Shown one piece after another: positions 37,901-47,687 of a stretch of DNA of 51,675 nt. The DNA comes from Spirochaetia bacterium (GTDB taxonomy: Bacteria > Spirochaetota > Spirochaetia > DSM-27196 > Salinispiraceae), in assembly GCA_038204425.1 (NCBI GenBank), contig JBBRCZ010000016.1:1-51675 (forward strand). Direction: 5' to 3'. Each line of letters begins with the position of its first letter. Positions within the stretch are counted from its first letter, which is position 1. The notes beneath the pieces are model-generated. The model ran no database searches and was not told the origin of the DNA. It worked only from the letters and a program-made list of their open reading frames with translations. The translations under genes were made by a program, and so were the position numbers.

Positions 37901-38680
37901 ATGGAGATTGAGATATTAGATACAGGGTTCTACGAACTCAACCACGAAATAGTCTATCCTCATCAACATGAGACCGAGTTTGAGCTTATGTTGTTTAAAA
38001 ACAACGGTCGCTGCTTTGTACAAGAACACGTCGAGTATGATAAGATAAAGGATAGGATCTTCCTTCTTTGTCCTGGCGAACAACACGAGGTGAAACATTT
38101 ACCAGGGGTGCAACCGGACAGTGCGGTTCACCTAACCATGCACTGGGTAACGTTTAGTGTTAGTGATGCTACTATAGAACAATCTCTGCGCAGCTCCTTT
38201 GGCGGCGCAGGCAGGACTGCCTCCAGCAAAACTTACAAAATTCTCAACGACATTTACGTCAAGTATCTTTCAAAAAACGACCTGCTGCTGAAGTCGATGC
38301 ATCATCAATTTCTTAGTATGCTGTTTGAGCTTTTTAACGATAGTGACGATTTAGGTGATCCAAGCGAAAGCGACTCCAGAATCTTGGAAGCGATTCGCAT
38401 CATGAAGTCAAAACTGTACGAAAACCTAGATTTAAACGATCTTTCCGCCACACTGGATCTCAACAAAAACTACTTCTTTGTACTTTTTAAAAAGAAGATT
38501 GGCGAATCTCCGATGCACTATTTTACAGATATGAAGCTGGTGGAGGCGTCTAAGTGGCTAATAAACACCGACATAAAACTCAGCGAAATACCGCCGCTGC
38601 TCAAGTTCTATAATCTTAGCCACTTTAGTCGCTTGTTCAAAAAAAAGTATGGAAAGTCACCGTTACAGTTTAGAAAATAG
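37901..38680 (+). CDS. AraC family transcriptional regulator
   Basis: PHQHETEFEL cupin; C-terminal YFFVLFKK..G.SP...SHFSRLFKKKYGKSPLQFRK. Confidence 0.92.
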   Translation: MEIEILDTGFYELNHEIVYPHQHETEFELMLFKNNGRCFVQEHVEYDKIKDRIFLLCPGEQHEVKHLPGVQPDSAVHLTMHWVTFSVSDATIEQSLRSSFGGAGRTASSKTYKILNDIYVKYLSKNDLLLKSMHHQFLSMLFELFNDSDDLGDPSESDSRILEAIRIMKSKLYENLDLNDLSATLDLNKNYFFVLFKKKIGESPMHYFTDMKLVEASKWLINTDIKLSEIPPLLKFYNLSHFSRLFKKKYGKSPLQFRK

Positions 38681-38926
38681 CCTGGTCATCTCTAGGCTAA
38701 CAACTTACTGTGGAATATCCAAGCAATAAATCCAGTAGTGTTGGAGCCGCCGAATATATCCAAAACGAGATCGCTCTGATTGGCAAGCATTTGCATAGAG
38801 CAGGCTGGAAGTTCCGAAGGAAATCTTGCGGGGCGACGTTCTATGTCGGTCCCTTTGATATACCTTAACTATTGACATTGCGGAAAATCTCCCTAAAACT
38901 GTTCTTCAAACAGGGAGTCAACTATT

Positions 38927-39652
38927 TTGAAATTAGCAGTAAGTCCCTGGGAAAAACCTGATGTGGTAGCAAGTTTTGCACAGGCCAATCCCAATCCCCA
39001 ACTACTCAAATTAGCCTCAAACGTTTTGACGGGAAAAAAGTCAGCTCGAATTTTAGATATTGGCTGTGGTGCTGGTAGAAACACCCTATCACTTGCGGAA
39101 TTAGGTCAAGAATGGGGTTGGCAGGTGGTGGGCATAGACAGCTCCCGTGCCATGTTAGATGCAGCTCAACAACGCGCCGATGCATCTATCGCCCGTCATT
39201 CAATCAAATTTTATTCTGGTTCCATGGAAGAGCTGGTTTCAAACCTAGATATGAAGAATAGTGCTAAATTTGATTTAATTGTTGCCCATGGAATATGGAA
39301 TTTGGCCAGCTCAGGTAAGCAATTTCGTATCGCACTCTCTCAAGCATCCCAGTGTGCAAATCCTGGCGCCAAACTTTTTGTATTTACCTTTGCAAGAAAA
39401 ACTTTTCTTGAGCAAGAAAAGCCCCTCAAAGGAGAGGATTTTGTTTTTATCGGTCTAAACGATGAACCCCAATGTTTTTTGGACGAAGAACAACTAGACT
39501 CAGAATTAGCCAAAGTTGGCTTCTCACGACCAAAAAATAGTCCCCTAACTATCTACAATAAGCCGCTAATGCCAGCAAAGGCGGGGCGCCTGAGTAATCC
39601 TTTTGGATCGCCAGTAATTTACGAAGGTGTCTGGGAGTATCTCAACCTTTGA
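38927..39652 (+). CDS. class I SAM-dependent methyltransferase
   Basis: ILDIGCGAGRN, GIDSS, FDLIVA and NPGAKLF motifs. Confidence 0.9.
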   Translation: MKLAVSPWEKPDVVASFAQANPNPQLLKLASNVLTGKKSARILDIGCGAGRNTLSLAELGQEWGWQVVGIDSSRAMLDAAQQRADASIARHSIKFYSGSMEELVSNLDMKNSAKFDLIVAHGIWNLASSGKQFRIALSQASQCANPGAKLFVFTFARKTFLEQEKPLKGEDFVFIGLNDEPQCFLDEEQLDSELAKVGFSRPKNSPLTIYNKPLMPAKAGRLSNPFGSPVIYEGVWEYLNL

Positions 39653-40199
39653 TAAATCTACAAAATAGTACGTTATTCTCGAGATGAACATGCTTGTGGG
39701 TATCGATCTCAAAATCCTTAAGCCCTTGCCATAAAGTCTTAACAGTTTGACAAGCGTATGAAGGCACCCTAAAATCTTTTGTCAAACGTCAAATGTGAGT
39801 CAACAGATCCCCTAGCTCTTGATGCTCAGCCATAAGTTTATCCACGGAGGATCGGCTGACTGTTTTAGTCAAAAAGGCAGGGAATACAAAGTTTTCTTCT
39901 TCATCGGCGTGGGAAATCAAATCTTGCTTCAAAGCACTTAGGGACTCAATCGAGGGAGCTCATTATCACTCCAGCTTTCAATATTAGGTACTAGGTGTTT
40001 GCTAAGACTGGAGTCCGGTAAAAGCATGGTTTCGATCATTACTAACACGGTATGGGCATCTAGGTTTTTTTTCACCACAAACGAGCTCAAGGCTACGGCT
40101 CCCTCCACAACAGTAATCTATCCCAAGAGATTCAAATATGCCTGCAGCTTGTGGTAACTCAGCTATAATTTGCGCCAACGAAGATTGAAATGTTATCAA
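39642..40199 (-). pseudogene. ric: iron-sulfur cluster repair di-iron protein (Ric/YtfE/ScdA) pseudogene
   Basis: GIDYCCGG N-terminus; frameshift in A8 run (40065-40072); ELPRL; H..EEENFVFP, MAEH, in-frame TGA, then HVHLENNVLF. Confidence 0.88.
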
Positions 40200-40246
40200 T
40201 ATTGGCTCCTATATATGATTATTTCATTAACCATTAACATAGGCCT

Positions 40247-40573
40247 TGCAAACAACCAAGTCGCGGTTATTTGAATTATTTTAGATTAGGCGTCGCTGTA
40301 GAGCATTTCTTGACTCTAACGAGTTTAATCTGCTCGCCCACTGCAAATCGGGATTCTTTTTTCTTTAGGCTAAGCCTAAGCAAGGCTACCACCTCGGCCA
40401 AGGCTCTATCCTTGCGAATTATTTCCTTTTGCAGCCCACGCGCCGGCACTTTGAGGACCTTGTTTTCAGTTTTGAGGGTATCTTGTTTGTCGGTCATAAG
40501 ATTTGTCAGATCCTGTTTCGAAAGGTCAAACTATAGCGCATGTCGCTTCACTCCTGCGACTTTTATGGTGACA
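40247..40573 (-). mobile_element. internally deleted IS3-family element (MITE-like, 327 bp)
   Basis: IRL TGTCACCATAAAAGTCGC vs IRR TGCAAACAACCAAGTCGC (12/18); OrfA fragments MRYSLTFR and LQKEIIRKDRALAEVVALL..LKKK; AAAAAAG slippery site at 40356-40362. Confidence 0.75.
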
Positions 40574-40621
40574 CAGGGAGTGAGCTGGTAATTTATGTGG
40601 CTGTGCGATGTTGGCTCGTTC

Positions 40622-40892
40622 TTAGCGCCAGAGTCCAAACAAGGCACCAAAGGCCACAAAGTTTAGCAAATGATTGCCAACTTCTATTGCCCATACTTTA
40701 AAACCGTGGCCTGCAAAGAGCTTATTTGATAAGTAGGGTGGAGCTATGGCGCCGGCCCAAACTATAGCACCTGTTAACGCACCTAAACCTAGACTCGGGC
40801 CACCAAAAAGCAAGCTAGTTAGTGTAACTGCCAAGGATACAAAAACTGCTTGCACGGCCGTTGATGGCGGCAAACAACATTCCTATGTCCAT
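40622..40892 (-). pseudogene. DUF1761-family membrane protein, internally deleted
   Basis: MDIGMLFAAIN start is out of frame with the C-terminal ...SNKLFAGHGFKVWAIEVGNHLL...GALFGLW. Confidence 0.6.
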
Positions 40893-41279
40893 TTAGTTCT
40901 CCACAAGTGTAGTATCGCTTGCAACTTGAGCTTGGACAAGATCTGGATAGAGTATTATCCAGCTACCATCTTCAATGGCTTTTTCTAAAAATGCGCCATC
41001 GCCTTTGGTCCACCAAAGGTAGGTTTTTTCGTCACTGTAGCGCACGCCAGAAGCAGCCATAGCTTGTGGCAAATCAAAGCTGGTGCCATCGGGTAGTCGT
41101 AGGCTTACCGAGTACAGCGATCCGTCAGGTGCGCTTTCACGTGGGTTATGGTAGACGGCCTTAATTGCAGCCCCGTCTGGCGAATAATAGGTGTACGATC
41201 GGTGATCGTAGTGGTCGGCACAGGCTAGCAAACTTAGCAGCAATACGATTGCAGCCAGGGCCTTTAGGGCAATACTCAT
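40893..41279 (-). CDS. MliC-family lysozyme inhibitor lipoprotein
   Basis: Lipobox LLAC; LPQAMAASGVRY...WWTKGDGAFL signature. Confidence 0.88.
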   Translation of the reverse strand: MSIALKALAAIVLLLSLLACADHYDHRSYTYYSPDGAAIKAVYHNPRESAPDGSLYSVSLRLPDGTSFDLPQAMAASGVRYSDEKTYLWWTKGDGAFLEKAIEDGSWIILYPDLVQAQVASDTTLVEN

Positions 41280-41695
41280 TGTTTTTTGACCCACTTCTTT
41301 TCTTGTTCGTTGTAGTCAAAAAAACTGGCCAAGGCACTAAAGGCTGTTACAATGGCGGCTTGCCTTTTCTCTTGGCTCGCTTTTTGATTTAAAATATCTA
41401 CAGGGTTGCCAGCTACTGCGCCGGTTATCATCCCGGAAGCGCCGTTGGCAGCTTGACCGGCGAGTCCGCCCATCATTCCTGCTACGCCAGAAATTGCCAT
41501 GTTGGCAACAGCTGATTTGCCAGCTGACTGCATGGCCTGTTTGACCAGTTCGTCTTGGTCAGGAATAACAACTGCCACGGTGGCAATTGGGCTATCCATG
41601 TCCTCGGTCTTAAACTCTAGCTGGATCATGTTGTGTTGGCCCAGTTCTTCTTTTACGATTATTGGCTTGATTAGCTCATAGGTAAGTTCTTTCAT
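41276..41695 (-). CDS. hypothetical protein with Gly/Ala-rich segment
   Basis: GGGAG RBS; ATGA overlap with the MliC gene. Confidence 0.65.
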   Translation of the reverse strand: MKELTYELIKPIIVKEELGQHNMIQLEFKTEDMDSPIATVAVVIPDQDELVKQAMQSAGKSAVANMAISGVAGMMGGLAGQAANGASGMITGAVAGNPVDILNQKASQEKRQAAIVTAFSALASFFDYNEQEKKWVKKQ

Positions 41696-41966
41696 AGTTT
41701 GGTCTCCCTGCCTGCAAGTATACCTGTTAACTGGCGCTGGGGCAACTTTGAGGTAAAATTCATAAACATCTGCCTAATGTAAACCTTTGCGGCCAAATTC
41801 TTTGATAAACAAGTAGAGCGTGTTTTCTCGATTGTAGTCCGTATGCAGCTCTTCAAATTCCTTGCTAGTTCCAAAATAGACACAGCGGTTCCAGCGACAC
41901 GGCCAGTGATAGCGACATGATCCCTATATAAAATTACGATGATTAGATTTTTGTAGTTTTTATAAC

Positions 41967-42569
41967 TTAGGGGATTGGCAAGCGCAGTTCGTTTTGCATG
42001 TACAAGCGATAGGATGGCAGTTGGTCTTCGGTATGCTGCGTAATCCCATTGCTGTCCAAAATTTCTATGAAGAATCCAAACTCAAACTTAGCATAGTATT
42101 CTACTAAAGTAGCCTCTTGTTCGACGTCGAGCTTTCCCGCGATAGGAATAGGCAAACTGTAGCTACTACTCTTGTCCTGCCAAGGATAGTTCAGTACGGT
42201 AAACTGCCATACATGGGTCAGTTCATGGCACAACGCCCAGGCCTCGATAAAATATGACACTTGGTGTTCCCTGACGTATACCAAGTCTGAGATGGCGTTG
42301 TACCAAGCTGGTGCCAGCGGATTTCCGCTAGATTTTATAGATGAGTCTATGATTACAAATCGATCAAGGTACTTTTCTACAAGGGACTTGCCAAAAATGT
42401 GTTCGGCCGCAGCACGCTGATTTTCAGGAAATTGCACGATGCCCTTTTGAGTGGCCAAGAGGTCGCAGGCACTCACAAGCAATAAACTAACTAAAGCTAT
42501 GCTAATTCCTAATTTTTGCCAAAGCTTGTAACATGCGATGATGGGCATCCTTTTAAAAAAATTGCACAC
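41967..42569 (-). CDS. putative lipoprotein with HExxH zinc-peptidase motif (DUF4157-like)
   Basis: LLVSAC lipobox; LCHELTHVWQ...EQEA; start uncertain. Confidence 0.6.
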   Translation of the reverse strand: MCNFFKRMPIIACYKLWQKLGISIALVSLLLVSACDLLATQKGIVQFPENQRAAAEHIFGKSLVEKYLDRFVIIDSSIKSSGNPLAPAWYNAISDLVYVREHQVSYFIEAWALCHELTHVWQFTVLNYPWQDKSSSYSLPIPIAGKLDVEQEATLVEYYAKFEFGFFIEILDSNGITQHTEDQLPSYRLYMQNELRLPIP

Positions 42570-42660
42570 AGTCCGCTAAAGTATACGCTTATTGGTCCAA
42601 GCATTGCCAAGTTTCCTTGTGTCCAGACCTGCTTAGCGATGGCAAGCGACTAATTTTTGA

Positions 42661-42704
42661 TTGACAAAGCGTCTTAGCGACTATAGCATGTGTACGTTAA
42701 CGCA
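42661..42704 (+). promoter_or_regulatory. ara operon promoter and candidate LacI-family operator
   Basis: TTGACA-N17-TAGCAT followed by TGTGTACGTTAACGCA (contains palindrome CGTTAACG). Confidence 0.55.
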
Positions 42705-42740
42705 AATTAAGAATAGCAAACAAAGCAGGAGACAAACAGC

Positions 42741-44426
42741 GTGGAAGATGCATTGGTTATTGGTGCCGACTTTGGCACCGACTCAGTAAGAACGGTAGTG
42801 GTCAATGCGCGGGACGGCAGCATTTGTTCGCAGGCAGTAGCAGAATACCCGCGTTGGAAAAAGGGCCTTTACTGCAAGCCTGAGCGACAGATTTACCGCC
42901 AACATCCGCTTGACTATCTGGAGTCATTGCAAAAGGCTGTCAGCCAAGCTTTGACCGAGGCCGGCGAGGACAGCGCGCGCAGAGTGCGTGGTATAGCAAT
43001 TGACACTACCGGTTCTACACCTGCGTGCACCGACGCAGCAGGCAAGCCTTTGGCGCTAAAGGTTGAGTTTTCAGAAGACCCAGACGCCATGTTTGTTTTA
43101 TGGAAAGACCATAGTTCGCTTGCAGAAGCAGAGCTTATTAATCAGAAGGCCGCTGACTGGAAGACCAAGACAGGGACCGACTATTTGCAGTTTGTTGGCG
43201 GCATATACTCTTCTGAATGGTTTTGGGCCAAAGCTATGCATGTCTTTTTGAGTTCTCCCAAGGTCGCACAAGCCACCAAAAGCATGGTGGAACATTGTGA
43301 CTGGATAGCAGCCTGTCTTAGTGACAGCGAGGCGCCACAAAGCATTAAACGAAGTCGCTGTGCGGCCGGTCATAAGGGCTTGTGGCATCAAAGCTTTGGC
43401 GGCTACCCCAAGGAAGAATTTTTTGAAACCCTGGATCCACGATTGCCAGCCCTCGCGCGCAGTCTCGGAACCCAAACCTATACTTCTGACCAAGTTGCTG
43501 GCTATTTGAGCAAAACATGGGCAGGCAGCTTGGGTCTGCCGCTGGGTATTCCTGTTGCTGTGGGCGCTTTTGACGTACACATGGGCGCTCTGGGTGGCGG
43601 TATCTCAGAGGGCCAACTGGTAAAGGTAATTGGTACAAGCTCTTGCGACGTTATCTGTGCACCTCTTGCGGCCAATCAAAAACAAGAAATCGTAGTGCCC
43701 GGGGTTTGTGGCCAAGTAGATGGCTCAATTATTCCTGGACAACTTGCCTATGAGGCCGGCCAGTCGGCTTTTGGAGACATTTATGCTTGGTTTAAGCGCT
43801 TGCTGTCTTGGCCCCTCGAGAATCTGAGCCTCGTTAATGCCAGCCTAAGTCTTAAGGACCGAGAAGCTATAATAGATGCTATAATTCCAAGTCTAGAAGC
43901 ACAGGCGCTCAAGTTACCCTTGGAAGAACCAGTGCCCTTGGTTTTGGACTGGTTCAATGGAAGACGTAGCCCCGATGCCGATCAGGGTCTGACAGGGCTT
44001 ATCAGTGGGCTCAATCTGGCCAGTGATGCCCCACGCATCTACCGTGCTTTAATAGAAGCCACTGCCTTTGGCAGTCGAGCGATTGTAGAACGACTACTTA
44101 CCCATGGGGTAGCAATTGATGCAGTAATTGCAATTGGCGGCATAGCACGCAAGTCTCCCTTGGTTATGCAAACCCTGGCAAATGTGCTGGGACGTCCCAT
44201 AAAGGTCGCTGCATGTGACCAAGCCTGCGCCTTGGGGGCCGCCATGTTTGCCGCCACCGCAGCCGGACTGTACCCAAATGTTGAAGCAGCACGTGACGCA
44301 ATGAACCAAGGTTTTGACCTTGAGTTTGTGCCTCAAGCCCCGGCTGTTGCCCATTATCAAAAACACTATCTTGCCTACACTAAGTTAGCGCAAGCTATAG
44401 AAAACAATACTCGGAGGACTATATGA
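42741..44426 (+). CDS. araB: L-ribulokinase
   Basis: GADFGTDSVR, RQHPLDY, LWKDH, GGIYSSEWFWAK, CAAGHK, EAGQSAFGD and DWFNGRR. Confidence 0.96.
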   Translation: MEDALVIGADFGTDSVRTVVVNARDGSICSQAVAEYPRWKKGLYCKPERQIYRQHPLDYLESLQKAVSQALTEAGEDSARRVRGIAIDTTGSTPACTDAAGKPLALKVEFSEDPDAMFVLWKDHSSLAEAELINQKAADWKTKTGTDYLQFVGGIYSSEWFWAKAMHVFLSSPKVAQATKSMVEHCDWIAACLSDSEAPQSIKRSRCAAGHKGLWHQSFGGYPKEEFFETLDPRLPALARSLGTQTYTSDQVAGYLSKTWAGSLGLPLGIPVAVGAFDVHMGALGGGISEGQLVKVIGTSSCDVICAPLAANQKQEIVVPGVCGQVDGSIIPGQLAYEAGQSAFGDIYAWFKRLLSWPLENLSLVNASLSLKDREAIIDAIIPSLEAQALKLPLEEPVPLVLDWFNGRRSPDADQGLTGLISGLNLASDAPRIYRALIEATAFGSRAIVERLLTHGVAIDAVIAIGGIARKSPLVMQTLANVLGRPIKVAACDQACALGAAMFAATAAGLYPNVEAARDAMNQGFDLEFVPQAPAVAHYQKHYLAYTKLAQAIENNTRRTI

Positions 44427-45946
44427 TGGATAGTAAAATAATCAATAACAAAGGCACTTACAGCTTATGGCTGGCAACCGGCAGCCAAGATCTCTACGGC
44501 GACAAGACACTGGAAGCGGTGGCCAAACACAGCCAAGAAATCGGCAAAGCCCTCAACCAAAGTGGTCAATTGGCTTGGCCCTTGCTAGTCAAACCTACTC
44601 TGATCACCAGCAGCGGTATAAGCTCTTTGATGCAAGAAGCCAACGCCGACCCGCTATGTGCGGGCATAATATGTTGGATGCATACCTTTAGCCCGTCCCA
44701 GATGTGGATAGACGGTTTAACCGTGGTCGCCAAGCCAATCTTGCACCTGCATACCCAGTTTGGCCGCGATATTCCTTGGGATAGCATCGACATGGACTTT
44801 ATGAACCTCAACCAAAGCGCCCATGGCGATCGCGAGTTTGGTCATATAACCAGCAGACTCGGTCTCAAACGCGCCATTATTGCCGGTCATTGGCAAGACA
44901 AGACCACGCAAAAGCGGATCGCCGATTGGTCTCGTGTTGCCGGAGCAGTCCACGAAAGTCGCGGGCTTAGAGTAGCTCGTTTTGGCGACAACATGCGCGA
45001 CGTTGCCGTTACCGAAGGTGACAAAGTAGCAGCGCGCATCCAGATAGGCTGGAGTATCCAAGGTCACGGTCTTGCAGACCTTGCCAAGGCAGTTGCAGAA
45101 GTCAGCGATACCCAAAGCGCAGCACTTATCGAGCACTACAAGAAAGATTACACCATCAGTACGGAGATTTTGCAGGACAGCAAACAAATGAAACGCTTGG
45201 CCTACCAGGCCAAATTGGAAATTGCCCTAGAAACTATCTTGATTGCTGGCAATTTTAAGGCCTTTACGACTAACTTTCAGGATCTCCATGGTCTAGAACA
45301 ATTGCCGGGACTGGCGGTGCAGCGGCTGATGGCCAAAGGCTACGGCTTTGGAGCTGAGGGCGACTGGAAAACTGCCGCTCTCTTGCGGGCTGTCAAAGTC
45401 ATGGGCGACGGGCTGCCTGGCGGTTGCTCATTTATGGAAGACTACACCTACCACATGGAACCAGGTAATGAATTGGTACTTGGAGCCCATATGCTTGAGG
45501 TTTGCCCCAGCATCGCCAGTGACAAGCCACGGCTTGAAGTCCATCAGCTTGGCATAGGCGGCAAGGATGACCCAGCTCGCCTGGTGTTTATTGCCTCAGC
45601 AGGCGATGCGCTCAACGCCTCATTGGTCGGCTTTGGCAATCGCTTTAGATTAATTGTTAACGAAGTCACCACGGTCAAACCACCAAAGGCTATGCCCAAG
45701 TTGCCGGTTGCTCAAGCAGTTTGGAAAGTGCATCCAGACTTTGTAAGCGGACTAGAAGCTTGGCTATGGGCGGGTGGAGCACACCATACTGCTTATACTA
45801 CTCAGATTGACGCAAGCCTCTTACAAATGTGGGCCGAGGCTGTTGGCATAGAATTTGTAAGGATTGGCAAGGGAAGCAACTTAGAAAGTATTCGTAGTCA
45901 ACTTGTCTTGCAGGAGCTCAAGAGTATCAGCGAGGCTAAGCGATGA
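44423..45946 (+). CDS. araA: L-arabinose isomerase
   Basis: GSQDLYG, WMHTFSP, MNLNQSAHGDREFG, GFGAEGDWK, SFMEDYTY, GAHMLE and GGAHHT. Confidence 0.97.
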   Translation: MMDSKIINNKGTYSLWLATGSQDLYGDKTLEAVAKHSQEIGKALNQSGQLAWPLLVKPTLITSSGISSLMQEANADPLCAGIICWMHTFSPSQMWIDGLTVVAKPILHLHTQFGRDIPWDSIDMDFMNLNQSAHGDREFGHITSRLGLKRAIIAGHWQDKTTQKRIADWSRVAGAVHESRGLRVARFGDNMRDVAVTEGDKVAARIQIGWSIQGHGLADLAKAVAEVSDTQSAALIEHYKKDYTISTEILQDSKQMKRLAYQAKLEIALETILIAGNFKAFTTNFQDLHGLEQLPGLAVQRLMAKGYGFGAEGDWKTAALLRAVKVMGDGLPGGCSFMEDYTYHMEPGNELVLGAHMLEVCPSIASDKPRLEVHQLGIGGKDDPARLVFIASAGDALNASLVGFGNRFRLIVNEVTTVKPPKAMPKLPVAQAVWKVHPDFVSGLEAWLWAGGAHHTAYTTQIDASLLQMWAEAVGIEFVRIGKGSNLESIRSQLVLQELKSISEAKR

Positions 45947-46650
45947 AGTCAGCCTATCAAGAACTAAAAGAACAAGCCTGGCAAGCCAACCTTGAAATTC
46001 CGCGCTACAATTTGGCACTCTTTACGTGGGGCAATGTTTCTGCCTTTGATTCAAATCGCGCAGTTTTTGCCATAAAACCAAGTGGCGTAGCCTACGATAA
46101 ACTTAGCATTGACGACATGGTGGTCTTGGACTTGGATGGAAATATTATAGAGGGGACACTCAAACCGTCCTCTGACACCGCGACTCACCGAGTTATTTAC
46201 CAAGAAAACCAAAGCATTGGTGGCATTGTTCACACCCATTCTACTCATGCCACGGCTTGGGCACAGTCGATGCGCGACCTTGCGGTCTATGGAACTACCC
46301 ATGCCGACCATAGCCCCGTTGCCATCCCCTGTACTGTTATCCTAAGTGAGGCTCGCGTAAAAAAAGACTACGAGTTAGAAACCGGCAAATTAATCGTAGA
46401 AACCTTTGTGGCACGCAAACTTGACATGCTCAGCACTGAGATGGTGCTTGTTGGTGGTCATGGCCCATTTACATGGGGAAAAAGCGCCACAAAAGCTGTA
46501 TATAATTCAGTTGTGTTGGAAGAAATCGCAAAGATGGCTATATTATCTACTATGGTCGCCAAAGGAGAATTAACGGTATTGCCTGAACACATAATTAGAA
46601 CCCATTACGAACGAAAGCACGGACCAAAAGCCTACTATGGACAAAACTGA
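45943..46650 (+). CDS. araD: L-ribulose-5-phosphate 4-epimerase
   Basis: FTWGNVS, IKPSGV, PSSDT.TH, HTHS, GTTHAD, HGPFTWG and HYERKHG..AYYGQ. Confidence 0.97.
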   Translation: MKSAYQELKEQAWQANLEIPRYNLALFTWGNVSAFDSNRAVFAIKPSGVAYDKLSIDDMVVLDLDGNIIEGTLKPSSDTATHRVIYQENQSIGGIVHTHSTHATAWAQSMRDLAVYGTTHADHSPVAIPCTVILSEARVKKDYELETGKLIVETFVARKLDMLSTEMVLVGGHGPFTWGKSATKAVYNSVVLEEIAKMAILSTMVAKGELTVLPEHIIRTHYERKHGPKAYYGQN

Positions 46651-47665
46651 CGCCAAACAGGCGGATGTAGTCACCATTAGAGATATTGCGCGCTTGGCGG
46701 AAGTTTCGATTGGCACCGTTGATCGCGTGCTACACCAGCGCGGCCGTGTGGCTCAAGAAAAGGTAGAACGAATAGAGGCGCTTGTTCACCAATACGGCTA
46801 CAAGCCCAACCTTTTTGCTTCTGGCCTATCAGGCACGCGCATGAAGACAATCGCGGTGCTTGCCCCAGAACTTCAACAGGACCACGGCTATTGGGAACTG
46901 TGCCTCGAGGGAATGCGCAGTGCAGCCCTCGAGCTGGAGCCGCTCCAGATTCGCGTAAAGTATCTTCGCTTTGATCGCAACCTTGCTTCGTCATGCGTAA
47001 GTGCCTTTGAAGAAATCCAAAAAACCCAGTTTGACGGTCTTGTGCTTGCCCCCACTCCCAGCTCTGCTTGGCTGCCACTTTTGCTAACACTTCCTGCCCA
47101 GCTGCCACTGATCTTCTTTGATACTGACCTAAAGCTAGAACGCAGGCATTGTTTTATTGGTCAGAACCCCTACAAAGCTGGCTTTTTGGCGGCTCGATTG
47201 ACCCATTTACAAGTAGAAAAAGACAAAGACTTTGCCACAATAAATTTTGTGGACGACGATCAACACTTGCGTGTTCGTCAAGAAGGATTTATGCAGTACT
47301 GCCACAATGTTGGCCGCACGGTTTTGGCAATAGACATAGATTCTGCCGACAGCTTAAGTGCGCGCCGCCAAGCCGTTTCCAAAGCGCTGGATAGAGATCC
47401 AAACGTCGGTGGACTCTTTGTGCCCAACGCCTCGGTGGCCGAGTACGTGGAACTTAAGCCCGATGTGCGCTTGTTGGGCTTTGACCTCATTCCGCGCAAC
47501 TTGGCGGCATTGCGCGATGGCAGCATCGACGGTCTGGTTTCGCAGCGCCCCCAGTTGATGGGGGCCGAAACTATCCGTCAGCTCTCGCGCTTCTTGCTTT
47601 TTGGCAAGCAGCTGACGGAAACGGTAGAAATGCCCTTGGATATTTACCTCAAAGAAAATATATAA
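46637..47665 (+). CDS. LacI family transcriptional regulator
   Basis: TIRDIARLAEVSIGTVDRVLH...YKPN plus periplasmic-binding-like domain. Confidence 0.93.
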   Translation: MDKTDAKQADVVTIRDIARLAEVSIGTVDRVLHQRGRVAQEKVERIEALVHQYGYKPNLFASGLSGTRMKTIAVLAPELQQDHGYWELCLEGMRSAALELEPLQIRVKYLRFDRNLASSCVSAFEEIQKTQFDGLVLAPTPSSAWLPLLLTLPAQLPLIFFDTDLKLERRHCFIGQNPYKAGFLAARLTHLQVEKDKDFATINFVDDDQHLRVRQEGFMQYCHNVGRTVLAIDIDSADSLSARRQAVSKALDRDPNVGGLFVPNASVAEYVELKPDVRLLGFDLIPRNLAALRDGSIDGLVSQRPQLMGAETIRQLSRFLLFGKQLTETVEMPLDIYLKENI

Positions 47666-47687
47666 AAAACTGGCCTAAGGCTCGTTC

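Noticed and set aside
38870..38926. SAM riboswitch before the methyltransferase (CTCCCT/AGGGAG pairing over the RBS)
   Set aside because: No SAM-I/II/III consensus is recognisable, and the 5' arm overlaps a likely promoter (TTGACA at 38872), so it may not be transcribed.
39795..39805. In-frame TGA in ric as selenocysteine or recoding
   Set aside because: The gene carries other inactivating lesions and the position is not a Cys site; more simply a nonsense mutation.
41692..41966. 63-aa ORF or gene fragment
   Set aside because: No RBS or recognisable motif; may be decayed coding DNA but cannot be supported.
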